Source: Hoeflea sp.
GTDB taxonomy: Bacteria > Pseudomonadota > Alphaproteobacteria > Rhizobiales > Rhizobiaceae
Reading direction: 5' to 3' (one strand)
Assembly: GCF_040216675.1 (NCBI RefSeq)
Contig: NZ_JAVJOR010000005.1
DNA length: 64,000 nucleotides
Shown: piece after piece, positions 17,642-27,901 of the stretch
Position numbering within the stretch: position 1 is the stretch's first letter
Layout of the letters: each line of letters begins with the position of its first letter
Notes under the pieces: model-generated
Database searches by the model: none
Seen by the model: the letters and a program-made list of their open reading frames with translations, nothing else
Told to the model about the DNA's origin: nothing
Translations under genes and position numbers: made by a program

Positions 17642-19018
17642 ATGATCAATCGCAGCGCATGCATCACCGGCCTTTTTGCTGTCTTTTGGAGCACCAATGC
17701 GCTCGCGGCCTGCCCGGAACCGCCGAGCAATGATTTCGCCGATGCGGCAACGACGCTTTTCAACTGCTCAAGCTCCCGCCCGCTGATTGGCGGCGAAGGT
17801 GAGCCCAAGTTCCAGGTTCATTACGATTTTCCGCAGCAGCTTCCCGATACAAGCACTCTTCCGTGGCTGGCGATCGACCCGTTTGATGATCCCGGCGGAT
17901 ATATGCTGTCGATTTTGCATTACGCCACCAGGGTGAACGCGCGTCCCGATATCGACTGGCGCATACAGGACAATACCGAAGAATCCTGGTGCGATGCGCC
18001 GTGGTTTCAGGATTTGCGCGAGCCCTTGCACGGAATGACAAGCGAGCGGTGGTCCCGTCCCAAGGAACTGCATGCCCTGCAAACTGATTGGGAGCGGAAC
18101 TGGGCGGTCGGTATCTATAACGATGTTGCTTGCTATGGTGTCGGACAGATTTGGGATGATCCGACCTTCCCCAAAACCAAGGATTTCGCCTTTGCCGATG
18201 GCGCGCTTGGCGTCAAAATGCTTTTCACAACCGCAAGCCCCTCCGAGGTTCCGTTCCTGACCGGATCGAAGGAATGGCAGGTCGCCGCCAATGATGACGG
18301 CAGCATCATCACCATGCGCATGTTGCAGCTCGATATATCGGTCAAGGACAAGCGCTCCCCGAACGGCTGGTTTTTCGGGACGTTCATGTATGATGCAACG
18401 CAACCCGGCGATAATCCCTATGAGCGTTTGGTGCCGGTGGGACTGATATGGGGCAGCGATCCTGACCTCACCATGAGCGCATATCTTTCCAAAGCGGCGG
18501 TCCCTGAGGAGAGCTGGGTCAATCCAAAGGTGGCGGAGCGCTTTTACTCGCTGCCGCGCCATAATCTGGGTTTGAACGGGCGTGCCAACGGTCCCGTTGA
18601 TAACCCGCTCTCGGCTTGCATTACCTGCCACCAGCAAGCGCTGGATTGGGGACGTGCCGTGCTGCCGAATACACCGGCTGCAGCCGAGGCGGCCCAGCTT
18701 CTCCCCAACGTGCCGTCCGACCCTTTCGATGAAGAGGCAGCCAAGGCGTATTTTATCAATATCGGCAGCGATTCTCCTGTGCCGGGCGCGCAATCCCTCG
18801 ATTACACGCTGCAACTTGCCAAGGGGATGGCGGCGTTTCGGACATGGGTGATCAAGAATTACCCTGATCACGCGGCAAGCACCACCGACATTCCACCCTA
18901 TCCGTTCAAGGAGGATGCGCCGGAGAAGATGGTGCAATCATTGTCCGTGACCGCCGGTGGACATCGGTTCGATCAGGAGCAAACCGATCCAAGCAGTCAG
19001 GGCATGTTCAGCCGGTAG
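17642..19018 (+). CDS. Exported hypothetical protein with a single CxxCH heme c motif
   Basis: Signal peptide MINRSACITGLFAVFWSTNALAA after an AAGGGGG RBS; SACITCHQQ; KDKRSPNGWFFGTF segment. Confidence 0.6.
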   Translation: MINRSACITGLFAVFWSTNALAACPEPPSNDFADAATTLFNCSSSRPLIGGEGEPKFQVHYDFPQQLPDTSTLPWLAIDPFDDPGGYMLSILHYATRVNARPDIDWRIQDNTEESWCDAPWFQDLREPLHGMTSERWSRPKELHALQTDWERNWAVGIYNDVACYGVGQIWDDPTFPKTKDFAFADGALGVKMLFTTASPSEVPFLTGSKEWQVAANDDGSIITMRMLQLDISVKDKRSPNGWFFGTFMYDATQPGDNPYERLVPVGLIWGSDPDLTMSAYLSKAAVPEESWVNPKVAERFYSLPRHNLGLNGRANGPVDNPLSACITCHQQALDWGRAVLPNTPAAAEAAQLLPNVPSDPFDEEAAKAYFINIGSDSPVPGAQSLDYTLQLAKGMAAFRTWVIKNYPDHAASTTDIPPYPFKEDAPEKMVQSLSVTAGGHRFDQEQTDPSSQGMFSR

Positions 19019-19060
19019 TCCGATGCGGCTGACGCTTGATGGCAATCCCATTGCCGGAGC

Positions 19061-20674
19061 ATGGCGAATGGCATGATCACGCTCAAGGCGCGCGGCAACT
19101 TCCGTCTGACCGGCGATGGGGGCGAAGATATCACGCCCTCAAGCATGAAGGCGCGCGGGGTGATCGCTTTGCTGGCCCTTGCGCCCGATCATCTCCGCCG
19201 CCGGGCATGGCTGCAAGACAAGCTGTGGAGTGAATCCGATCACAAGCACGGTGCGGACAGCCTTCGCCAAACACTGACGCTTGTTCGCCGCGCGCTCGGC
19301 ATGCAAGCACATGCCTTGCAAACGAACCGCCGGACCGTCTCGTTGGATTCGGCATGCTTCCGCGTTGATTATCAGGTGCCGAGTGCCGTCGCGGGGAGCG
19401 ATACTGACGGCGAACTATTTGCTAATCTCGACGTTCCCGATCCGGAGTTTGAAAGCTGGATTCGGGATATGCGATCCGAGTTCACACAACGACCGGATCA
19501 AGCGGGGCGTCCTACCAATCCTGTGTTTCACTCCGATGAACCAGCGATTGTTTTTTACGCCCACTCGGACGCCGCCCCTGACGACGAGCTGATACAGACC
19601 GCGATTTCCCTGGCGACGGCATCTCTTCTGGATATCGCCGATTTTACGATCTTCCATGACCGGGGACTGGCGGGGAAGAACGACAGCGCGACACTTCCGT
19701 CACACGGCGTACATGTGTCGGTTTCCGTCATGCCCCATATCGCGCCACCTGAATTGCGTGTCGCTGTTTGCAATCTGCAAACCGGACGCGTGCTCTCACA
19801 GTCGCACTTTCCTCTGAACAGGCGAGAATTCGGATTCGATACGGCCGATATTTACCGGGCGAGCGTCGGTCTTGTTGAGGTGATCCTTACCACACTCAAA
19901 TCATGGCAGGGGGATTTGCAGATCAAGGAGTGCTCCGCCTTGCTGGTCAATCGAGCGCGGCATTTGCTGTTTCGCTTTGACAAGCCAAGTCTGGCGACGG
20001 CGGATCGCTATCTGCTGCGTGCCTATCAGTTTGAAGCAAAGCCGCAATATCTGGCTTGGCGGGCTCTGGTGCGCAGCATGGCCGAGTTCCAACACCGCAC
20101 GACCGGATTTCTTGGTGATCCCGTCGATAGCGGGACACTCGTGCAAGAAGCCATCGCCGAAGCGCCCGATAGCGCAATTGCACTCGGGATGGGCGCGCAT
20201 ATCGAATATCTCTCGGGCGGGTCGCAACGGAGTGCGATGCTGCTGGCACAGCGCGCGGTCGATCGCGATCCGCTCAACGGTGTCAATCACGCCATCTTAT
20301 CGAATTTGCAGCTGGTACTTGGCGAACGGCAAGACAGTTACCGCTCCGCGCTCACCGCTCTCGATCTGGTCGGCAACGGCTCCCAACGCGCCTTTGTCGA
20401 GTTTTTCTGCTGCATGGCGGCGTCCTCTCTCGGCAATTATAACGCCGCCATCGATCATGCCGAAGCAGCTTTGGTTCTACGCCCGTTCTTTCCTGCGCCG
20501 TTGCGCTATCTCATCGCGCTTTATACGCATGAAGGACGGTGGAATGATATGGAGCGCGTGCTGGTCCGGCTTCGCATGCTGGAGCCTGATTTTGAACCGT
20601 CGAGGCTCCTTGACCAGGACTATCCCGTCATCACCCTGCGACGCCTCCCTTTGATCGGTGCGATCAGGGATTAA
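19061..20674 (+). CDS. SARP/OmpR-type winged-helix transcriptional regulator with C-terminal TPRs
   Basis: KARGVIALLALA..RRAWLQDKLWS..SLRQTLTLVRRALG, FESWIRD, TPR-like C-terminus. Confidence 0.75.
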   Translation: MANGMITLKARGNFRLTGDGGEDITPSSMKARGVIALLALAPDHLRRRAWLQDKLWSESDHKHGADSLRQTLTLVRRALGMQAHALQTNRRTVSLDSACFRVDYQVPSAVAGSDTDGELFANLDVPDPEFESWIRDMRSEFTQRPDQAGRPTNPVFHSDEPAIVFYAHSDAAPDDELIQTAISLATASLLDIADFTIFHDRGLAGKNDSATLPSHGVHVSVSVMPHIAPPELRVAVCNLQTGRVLSQSHFPLNRREFGFDTADIYRASVGLVEVILTTLKSWQGDLQIKECSALLVNRARHLLFRFDKPSLATADRYLLRAYQFEAKPQYLAWRALVRSMAEFQHRTTGFLGDPVDSGTLVQEAIAEAPDSAIALGMGAHIEYLSGGSQRSAMLLAQRAVDRDPLNGVNHAILSNLQLVLGERQDSYRSALTALDLVGNGSQRAFVEFFCCMAASSLGNYNAAIDHAEAALVLRPFFPAPLRYLIALYTHEGRWNDMERVLVRLRMLEPDFEPSRLLDQDYPVITLRRLPLIGAIRD

Positions 20675-20787
20675 AGAGAAGCCCGTCGATCCTGCAATCA
20701 CGATACAATCACGACCCTTTGCTCTTTGTTGGCGCGTTAGGCACAGACGAACCATGTCAGCGGCAAGCTGGCAGCAAGGGGGTTTCC

Positions 20788-20973
20788 ATGACCAAAGACT
20801 GCGAAATGATCCTGAGCCACCTGCGGAAAGCGCAAAGTCTGGTCCGCGATAGCGATGGAATGTTGGAGTATTTGATCGCAATGGCGATTGAAGAGGCTGA
20901 ATCCTCAGCCGATCTCGACTACGTGCAAGAGGCGATGACAACAAGAGATTCGGAAAGCGCTTCGAAACACTGA
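20788..20973 (+). CDS. Small hypothetical protein (61 aa)
   Basis: AAGGGGG RBS, LEYLIAMAIEEA helical motif; leader resembles that of 17642. Confidence 0.5.
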   Translation: MTKDCEMILSHLRKAQSLVRDSDGMLEYLIAMAIEEAESSADLDYVQEAMTTRDSESASKH

Positions 20974-21747
20974 TCGGATCGCGCCGGGAAAGCCTGATTT
21001 GGACCTAGCATTATTGGTGTGCATCGACAATCGGTTTGGTTGTAAATCAACCCAAGGTCATTATTGTGGGAAGATCGCACAACCTTTCTACAGCGAGCTG
21101 TAGCCGCCATGTCTCACATATCACCAGTGCTCAATAGCCTAATAAAGTCGCGCGTTCGGCGGGAATTCGAACGCAGAACTCCCACTTCGGACACACTGAA
21201 ACTCGTTCGGGAATTATTCCGCTACGACGAACAGCAAACGCTCTCGCTTTTCAAAAAGACTGCGGCGGATCGTCGTTGGAAGGATCGAAGCAAGCATTGA
21301 TCTGGATGGTTTCGATCGCGGCTTTGTGAGTGAGCGCGGCGGCGTCGTTCCTTGTTAAAAAATACATGAAGAGCGACACGCATTAGATCGAACGTAATGG
21401 TGAAGGGAGAACATGCAAATCGCATTGGCGGAAGCAAAGACGACTATGAAGTGTCTATCAGCGCTCATCGAAAAGTATGAGCGACTGGTAAGGTGCGGCT
21501 CCAACGCGGCGTTGTACATGGAGTGCCACCGATCAAAAAAGGAGTGGCGAGTTAACAGAAGTTCAACTCCCATCCCGAGAAATGCAATTCCGCTACTTTT
21601 CCAAGTCCAACCATGCCAAGTGAGCGCCGGCGCTACGCCGAACCCCCCTGAGTGACACCATCAGATTGAGGCAATATCGAAAAGCGTTAATGACCCAAGT
21701 GAGCGCACGCCACTAATGCTGCTTTCAGGACTGTCGAGCTTGTTTCT

Positions 21748-22012
21748 GAATGGCCGATGTGGGTCGTAAGCCGCTATCGGCAGATACGCATTCAACTGCA
21801 GCTATTTCGGATCAGTTTTGGAAGCGGACGGAAGCTGCAGGCCGCGCAACGGAAACGTGTCTGCTTTGCGCCCCCATACTGGTCGTACGCCGCCATAGAA
21901 TGCAGTCCTGAAAGTGGTCGTCCGCTGCGGCGCGCGTAAAAGTCCGCCAAACGGAACGAAAAGGCCGTTCATGCTAACGAGATGAAGGTGCACAGGTGCG
22001 CATATTCCGACA
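21748..22012 (+). repeat. Cluster A of degenerate intergenic repeat units
   Basis: Units aatggccgatgtgggtcgtaagccg (21749) and gtgtctgctttgcgcccccatactggtcgt (21857); 21857-21917 is collinear with 26054-26114. Confidence 0.65.
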
Positions 22013-22192
22013 CCCGGAGCCCTCGTTTAAGCTTACTCAAGAGGTCAAACGCATCACTCAGCCTATATCCGATAGACCACTCACCGAGAGCACTGAGATA
22101 GTATTGCATAAATAGAGAAGATTCGACTCTGAAACTGATGTAATTAGTGTATGATCACTATCACCGATATTGATAAAAATCCGGAGTTGATC

Positions 22193-25100
22193 ATGCAACA
22201 ACTCTTACAAATTTTCCTCGGCGCCTCCGCGTTGTTCCTGCTTTTCAAATTCTCCCTTGTCCCGCGCTCAAAGAGACGTACCGAAAGCGCGACGTCCTTG
22301 GGGAAGCGCCCAGGTGCGATTGCCCTCCACGCAGCCCTCGGAACATTTGCCAACCTCGTTTTCTGGTTTGCGGTCTCGGCCGGGGCTACTCTGGGCGGTC
22401 TCGCTTTACTGGATCGGATCACCCCCCTGAATCTGTCAGAGGCTGAACAGGCGCTTAGTCAGGTCCGGGACTGGTCAGGCTGGCTGAACGCGGTAACGGG
22501 CTCGCTTGGCTTGTTCGGCGCGGGCGCTGCTGCGCTTGGGCTTCTTTGGTACAGTCACCGGCGCACGAGACGCATCGTCGAAGAAGAGATCGCACGCGAT
22601 ATGTCCGCTGCCATTGCAGAGTTGGAAACCTTAGCGACGAACGGCGAACTGCCGGAGGCGTCACCGACTGAGACCATGCTCCTGATCGAGGCCGAGTTCG
22701 ATAAGGTCCAGGCCGAGCTCGAAAAGACACAGAAAGATGGCGCCCCGGATACGCGCATCGCTGAAATTGCCAAGGAGGCGCAGAACCTTGCAGATCTGTA
22801 CACTCAGGTCGATATCCTCTCCCGTGCCGAAAAAAAAGTGCAGGAGAAGATTGCCGAGCGCGCGGACGGGATGCCACAACGGCGTGGCGTCGGCACGTTT
22901 TTTGTGTCGAACGGGTTCCATGACACATTATCCGGTGTCGGCAAGGTTTTGGCGGCACTTTGCGTGCTCGCGATCATTCCGGCCTCGCTGGTACTGACCG
23001 GGCCGCTGGCGCTCGACAGTCTGGATACTAAGCGCATCGCACTGGAGGAGGATGCCCGGGACTTTGAGTTTGTCGTTGCGCGAGAGGAGATTAATCAGGC
23101 GTGGGCTTCCGCGGTAGCGCCACAAGACGATACAGCGGAGGACACTGAGCCCACCGAAGAAGATTTACAGATTTCAGCTGAGCTGGCGCAAGTCTTCGAA
23201 GCCAATAGTGTTCCAAGCTCCGTCATCCGGATTACAGGTCGTACGGTCCCGCGAACCGCGGTCCGGGTATTCCAGCGCGAGCAGGCGCGCCAAGCAATCC
23301 TGTTGCGGGCAGCCGCCAGGTCGCCTTTAGTTTCGACCGCGCTGGGCGGATCTGCGCCGACCAATCCGCTCGCACAGAATACGGATGAGTTGCTTGGCCG
23401 GCTGTCCCGTCCAGATCTCGGTCCACAGACCAGTATCGGGCGCCAAGTGCAGGCAGATGCATTGGAATTGGCGCGGCGTAACCCCGGCCAATGGACCGAG
23501 ATCCGCAGGCGGTTCTCGGCATACCGGGCTTCGTTTGGTGTTGCGGCTCCCCCGCAGCGATTACAGGCGATCGTGGTCAACCAAGCGATTGGAAACATAG
23601 CCGGGAACGTAGGCACTTCTGGAGGGTTCTGGTCCGAGCAAGCGCGGAGCTTCGGCGCGAACGTCTCTGCCGAGGCCGCCGAGGCCTATACTCAGGCGGC
23701 CTCCCGTGCGTTTTTGACGGATTTCGCCCGGACAGGCGAATTGCCGGGGTCAGCGGTCCGGGCTGCTTCCAGCGCGGTAAGCGCACTACCCTCTAGTGAT
23801 GTGGCAGCCCTGCGCCGCGTTGCTGAGCTGCCCCCCAGCGCCGATGACCTAACGCGCCGGCTGACAGCGAACAGACCGACCTTGACAGCACAATCACTTA
23901 ATATTTCGGACGAAATGGCGGTACGCGCGGTCAACCGGGCTTCGGCTTCAGTGGGGCGGGGTATGGACGCCGCAGGTTCACTGGTCGAGTTCGCCGACCT
24001 TTTCCCCGGGCACGAGGGTCAAGAAATGGAAACCAAACGCGCCCGCGCTGCCCGCAAGGTCGGGCTCGACGGGGCTCCCCCATCGCGGGTGCGCGCGACG
24101 AGCGCCCAACTTCGCGAGTCCCGCGTCGCTTCGCGCCGGGCCGCTTCGTTCGTGCGCTTGCGTGGATTCTCGCGGATAGGTGGGGTGCTGATCGGCCGCG
24201 AGGCGGAAGAAGGCCCACCCTTGCGCGTGGACCATTTCGATTGGACCGTCGAGGGACGGACGTTCAACTATGAACTGGCAGTCGAGGGCGGCCCGATACA
24301 GAAGTTTGGTCCCTACGACGCCGCGATTGCCCATCTCGCTCTAGCCTATGCAGCAGATGGCCGGCCAACGACGGTCACAATGGTCACGGCACCTCCAGTG
24401 CCCGAGCTGCGAATCCTGATCCATCCCGCTTTAGTTGATACGGGCCTTGGTTGCCGCGCCCGTCGGCTGGACCAGTTCGCGGACGAAGCCGCGGCGCGGG
24501 TTGAAGTCCTTTCCCGGGTGCGTGCGATAGAAACACTTAGTGCCGAGGGGGAGGTCGCACTCTATAACTTGACGCAGGACCTGCAACTCCTGGCCATCGG
24601 ATCCAGCCCCGTCGGTCAGCAGGCTCTGGAGAGCTACGGCATCTCGGAATTTGTTGACCACGCGCGGCAGAGACTCGGATCCTTTCGGCAAGGAGATGCC
24701 GCCCAGTTCAGGCTGAGCGACAAAGCTACCCCGTTGGTGATCGCGGACAAACCTGCCTTTTTCCATAGCGGGACGGTCGAGCTAATGGAGCAATGTACAG
24801 ACGCCGACAAACTGGACGCCTATAGTGCCTGCATTCAGGAGAGGGCGACTGCCAAAGCGGGCGAGATCGTTCGCAGTGGGGCGCATTGGTTTGCGCCTCC
24901 TGTGGAGTATCAGATCTGGTCAGGCGTCCGTGAACGCGAATTCCAGGCAGATGCTGGGCTCGACTTTCTATCGGGCCGTAGCGAAAGTGCTCTCGGTCCG
25001 CTGCGGTTCATGGTCCAACTAGCGATCTCCAGCCCCGCCCATTACGCTGACATGTCACGTGAGTGGTATGAAGAGGACAATGAGGCGCGCGATAGCTTCA

Positions 25101-25648
25101 CGGACCCGGACCCTTGGGAGTTCCCCGAAACGGGTGTGATAACCGGCCACGAGATCATTGGGATTCTGGATAACTCGGAAGAGCATGCGGATATCTATGG
25201 GGACATGGTTTCATTCACGCGGCTGCAAAGGATGTTCCGGATGGCTTTGGACGGAGCTATGTCGGAGTCCTTCCCTGTCGATGAACTCCCCGCAATCGCT
25301 GATGCGACGTTCTCGGCTGTGAACTCCGAGGCGCCGACAAAACGTTGGAACACCTTTGGCGGAGGACACATCGAAGCTAGCCTACGCGACTTGCTCTCCG
25401 GAGTACCAAAAACACCCGCTGTCCAGGCCTGCCTCTCGCTTGCCCAGCGCGATGATGCGGCGGAGATCCCGGATGACGAATGGAACGCAATTTGTGCACC
25501 ATCGGCTCTGAATGCAAGCCTGACTCCTGATGATGCGAAGCGTAGCAACTATATTGCAGATCTGCGGGCCCTGCGGCGGGAGTTAGACCTCCAGCGGGAT
25601 GACCGTCTCGAAAAGGTCTACAGCGCGTCTGGCTGCCCAAAACCTTGA
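22193..25648 (+). CDS. Large orphan membrane-anchored protein (~1151 aa)
   Basis: Long ORF (track start 22151; GGAG RBS favours ATG 22193); about four N-terminal hydrophobic helices, coiled coil, large soluble region; no recognisable catalytic motif. Confidence 0.7.
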   Translation: MQQLLQIFLGASALFLLFKFSLVPRSKRRTESATSLGKRPGAIALHAALGTFANLVFWFAVSAGATLGGLALLDRITPLNLSEAEQALSQVRDWSGWLNAVTGSLGLFGAGAAALGLLWYSHRRTRRIVEEEIARDMSAAIAELETLATNGELPEASPTETMLLIEAEFDKVQAELEKTQKDGAPDTRIAEIAKEAQNLADLYTQVDILSRAEKKVQEKIAERADGMPQRRGVGTFFVSNGFHDTLSGVGKVLAALCVLAIIPASLVLTGPLALDSLDTKRIALEEDARDFEFVVAREEINQAWASAVAPQDDTAEDTEPTEEDLQISAELAQVFEANSVPSSVIRITGRTVPRTAVRVFQREQARQAILLRAAARSPLVSTALGGSAPTNPLAQNTDELLGRLSRPDLGPQTSIGRQVQADALELARRNPGQWTEIRRRFSAYRASFGVAAPPQRLQAIVVNQAIGNIAGNVGTSGGFWSEQARSFGANVSAEAAEAYTQAASRAFLTDFARTGELPGSAVRAASSAVSALPSSDVAALRRVAELPPSADDLTRRLTANRPTLTAQSLNISDEMAVRAVNRASASVGRGMDAAGSLVEFADLFPGHEGQEMETKRARAARKVGLDGAPPSRVRATSAQLRESRVASRRAASFVRLRGFSRIGGVLIGREAEEGPPLRVDHFDWTVEGRTFNYELAVEGGPIQKFGPYDAAIAHLALAYAADGRPTTVTMVTAPPVPELRILIHPALVDTGLGCRARRLDQFADEAAARVEVLSRVRAIETLSAEGEVALYNLTQDLQLLAIGSSPVGQQALESYGISEFVDHARQRLGSFRQGDAAQFRLSDKATPLVIADKPAFFHSGTVELMEQCTDADKLDAYSACIQERATAKAGEIVRSGAHWFAPPVEYQIWSGVREREFQADAGLDFLSGRSESALGPLRFMVQLAISSPAHYADMSREWYEEDNEARDSFTDPDPWEFPETGVITGHEIIGILDNSEEHADIYGDMVSFTRLQRMFRMALDGAMSESFPVDELPAIADATFSAVNSEAPTKRWNTFGGGHIEASLRDLLSGVPKTPAVQACLSLAQRDDAAEIPDDEWNAICAPSALNASLTPDDAKRSNYIADLRALRRELDLQRDDRLEKVYSASGCPKP

Positions 25649-26053
25649 TCATACACGTCGCCTCGACTGGCGGTGCAAGTGTATCAGCGCGAGCGCGCAC
25701 GATCTAATGAAAATATTGAAAGTCGAGGGTATCTATCCGCTTGCACTCAAGGCTAGAGATAATGCTGCTAAGAAGCCCCGGCTTTCATCCAAAAATACTA
25801 TGTCAAGCGGCTGCGTACATCGCTTGGACACTCAGCCAACTTCAGTACAAGGATCGGCACGCCCGGGCGTTGGCAAAATATGCTATATGAATCCCCTAAA
25901 TCAATCCGTCGTAGAGGAAGAACGTCGTCGCATGGTTGACTTGTCTAAGCGGGAAGCCATCCAAATGAGGATGATCTCGTTGAATGCACGTATTGGAAAC
26001 TAATTGGCGCAGCGAAGCCGGCGAAACGGCCGGATTCGCACATCGCTAATGGA

Positions 26054-26118
26054 GTGTCCGCTAAGCGCCCCCAAGTCGGGCGTTGAGCGGTCTGACGTCG
26101 CATCCTAAAAGTGGACAC
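26054..26118 (+). repeat. Cluster B repeat with imperfect terminal inverted repeat
   Basis: gtgtccgct (26054-26062) ... agtggacac (26110-26118); collinear with 21857-21917. Confidence 0.7.
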
Positions 26119-26254
26119 TGCTAATGAAGGCGCAAAAGGTCAATGTTTCGGAAAGTTAAAAGGTTCGGCGTGCGGGTTGATCTTGTAAAAAGGACGGGAA
26201 GCGAACATCGGGCGATATGACGGTCGTCAAACCGCGGGGCAGGTTTTTCAGAGT

Positions 26255-27352
26255 TCAATCGTCGCGGTGTCGGCCAGCGTTTCCTTCACAGAATTCACAA
26301 CCTACTAGGTAGCTGTGATCAGGAACGCCCCCAATCTGGCCCTCGTTGCAGAATTCGCAGACCTCCATGAGGTCAGACGATTCTAGACATTGGACGCAAA
26401 CGTAGAGGTCATTGTGTTCCACGCCAGCGTGGTACCCAAGGCATTGCGGACAGTTTATTTCGATTAGATCGAAATAGTTGTCGTATGTCGACGCTTCCCC
26501 TGTGTCTAAGGCTTCACGCAAAAAGTCTTCATCGACCGGAGTTTCGCAGTGGGGGCATTCGCTGGGCGGGCCTTCATAGGAATTGCATTTGATCTCTCCG
26601 CCGCAGGCGCCGTCTAAGCAATTAAAGGCTATCTCCGATCCGCTGTACGAGCAAACCACGCACGATCCTTGAGAGATGGCTCCATTAGGCGCAGCCAGCC
26701 GGACAGAGTCGAACTTGCAGCTTGGGCAGGAGGTGGTACGGTCGCCCTCGTCACGGTGCTTTTGCAGAACGTCGGCCTTGGAGTTGAACTTGGCCTCTAG
26801 GAATGCGCGATGGCGATCCATTTGGCGACCGACGATCTGAATCTCACGCTTGAACCCGTCAAATTCCTGCCAACTTTCGAGTAGCACTCTCAGCGACAGC
26901 CAGCCTGCGCACTGTTCCGCAACTATTTGGGCTGCGGCCTGAGGATCGTCCGCCCGGTCGTCCGAATGAACAAAGTGGACCATCTTGTTGCGGTGCTGGG
27001 CAATCTTTAAAAAAACGTCTCGCGAGTGCTGAGGAACGGAAATTCCCGCTATCTTGCGCAATCTTTCGAGTGTCTGCTCCGGAGTGACCGTCTTCGCATC
27101 TCCTCTGAAGAACGCGGCCTTGTCAGCCTGGTCGGGCTTGTCTAACAGGAGAGACCAGTGTTCTCTCATTAGACGAGCCTTCAAAAACAGTTCGATGGCA
27201 ATGGCGAAGTGAACCGTCGAAAACTTCGCTGATTGTGTGTGCTCCGCAATCGCTTTCTCAACGAACTCAAACGCACTCGTAGCGAGAGATTTGAATAGCT
27301 CATCCTCGGACAGCACCTGAGCTTGCCCCTTGCTTGCTGCTGCCATGGTCAT
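26255..27352 (-). CDS. HEPN-domain protein with multiple C-terminal CxxC zinc ribbons
   Basis: HFAIAIELFLKARL helix and RNKMVH (Rx4H) motif; CPSC, CVVC, CPHC, CPQC, CVQC, CEFC x2. Confidence 0.7.
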   Translation of the reverse strand: MTMAAASKGQAQVLSEDELFKSLATSAFEFVEKAIAEHTQSAKFSTVHFAIAIELFLKARLMREHWSLLLDKPDQADKAAFFRGDAKTVTPEQTLERLRKIAGISVPQHSRDVFLKIAQHRNKMVHFVHSDDRADDPQAAAQIVAEQCAGWLSLRVLLESWQEFDGFKREIQIVGRQMDRHRAFLEAKFNSKADVLQKHRDEGDRTTSCPSCKFDSVRLAAPNGAISQGSCVVCSYSGSEIAFNCLDGACGGEIKCNSYEGPPSECPHCETPVDEDFLREALDTGEASTYDNYFDLIEINCPQCLGYHAGVEHNDLYVCVQCLESSDLMEVCEFCNEGQIGGVPDHSYLVGCEFCEGNAGRHRDD

Positions 27353-27768
27353 TGTCCCACTTCGTTATCACTACCGCCGACTAGCGCCTCGTAGGTGGCC
27401 AAGTATCTCGCCTCCCAGTTCGAGCCCCATACCGATAATGTCGCTTCGTGCTGGTCTTCCCCTTTTAAAGCGTCGTGCCACGGCGACGCCGCAGCAATAA
27501 ATACCGGATGATTAAAGTCGTCGAACTGATCAGCCGTTATGTCAATGATAACTTCACCGTCCGAAAGCCAGACATGGGAAGCATCACCATGTCGACCGCA
27601 GATGTAACGGTACGTGCCGAACCCATTTTCTGCGAGATGATGCGCAAGAAGAATAGAAGCATCACCGCATGCACCACTGGGAAAGTTCTGAAGCGACAAC
27701 CCATCGTCACAGCGGTTCTTTTCGAGCCTTGCTCGGAATTCTGCCACGATTGTTTCTAGCTTAGCCAT
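27349..27768 (-). CDS. Small protein with putative Cys-His-Asp triad (transglutaminase/papain-like)
   Basis: FPSGACGDASILL, SHVWL, IIDITADQF; start moved to MAKLE (27768) because the upstream part of the ORF crosses repeat cluster C; stop overlaps the HEPN start. Confidence 0.55.
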   Translation of the reverse strand: MAKLETIVAEFRARLEKNRCDDGLSLQNFPSGACGDASILLAHHLAENGFGTYRYICGRHGDASHVWLSDGEVIIDITADQFDDFNHPVFIAAASPWHDALKGEDQHEATLSVWGSNWEARYLATYEALVGGSDNEVGQ

Positions 27769-27901
27769 GATAGGGATAACGAATGATCGACTTGCTCTTT
27801 GGGAGCAAGAGAAACCTTCTTGTGGGGAGTAGCCTAAATACCAAATCAGGCGTTCAAGGACGACTTTGCGCTCGAAGCTGCCGTATTTTTCTTGAGGTGC
27901 A

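Noticed and set aside
21064-21655. Short ORFs 21109-21300 and 21413-21655
   Set aside because: Possible small genes (the second has an AAGGGAG RBS) but no motif or other support, so not called
25599-26003. 134-aa + strand ORF after the giant membrane gene
   Set aside because: Overlaps the upstream stop, no RBS, no motif; probably spurious
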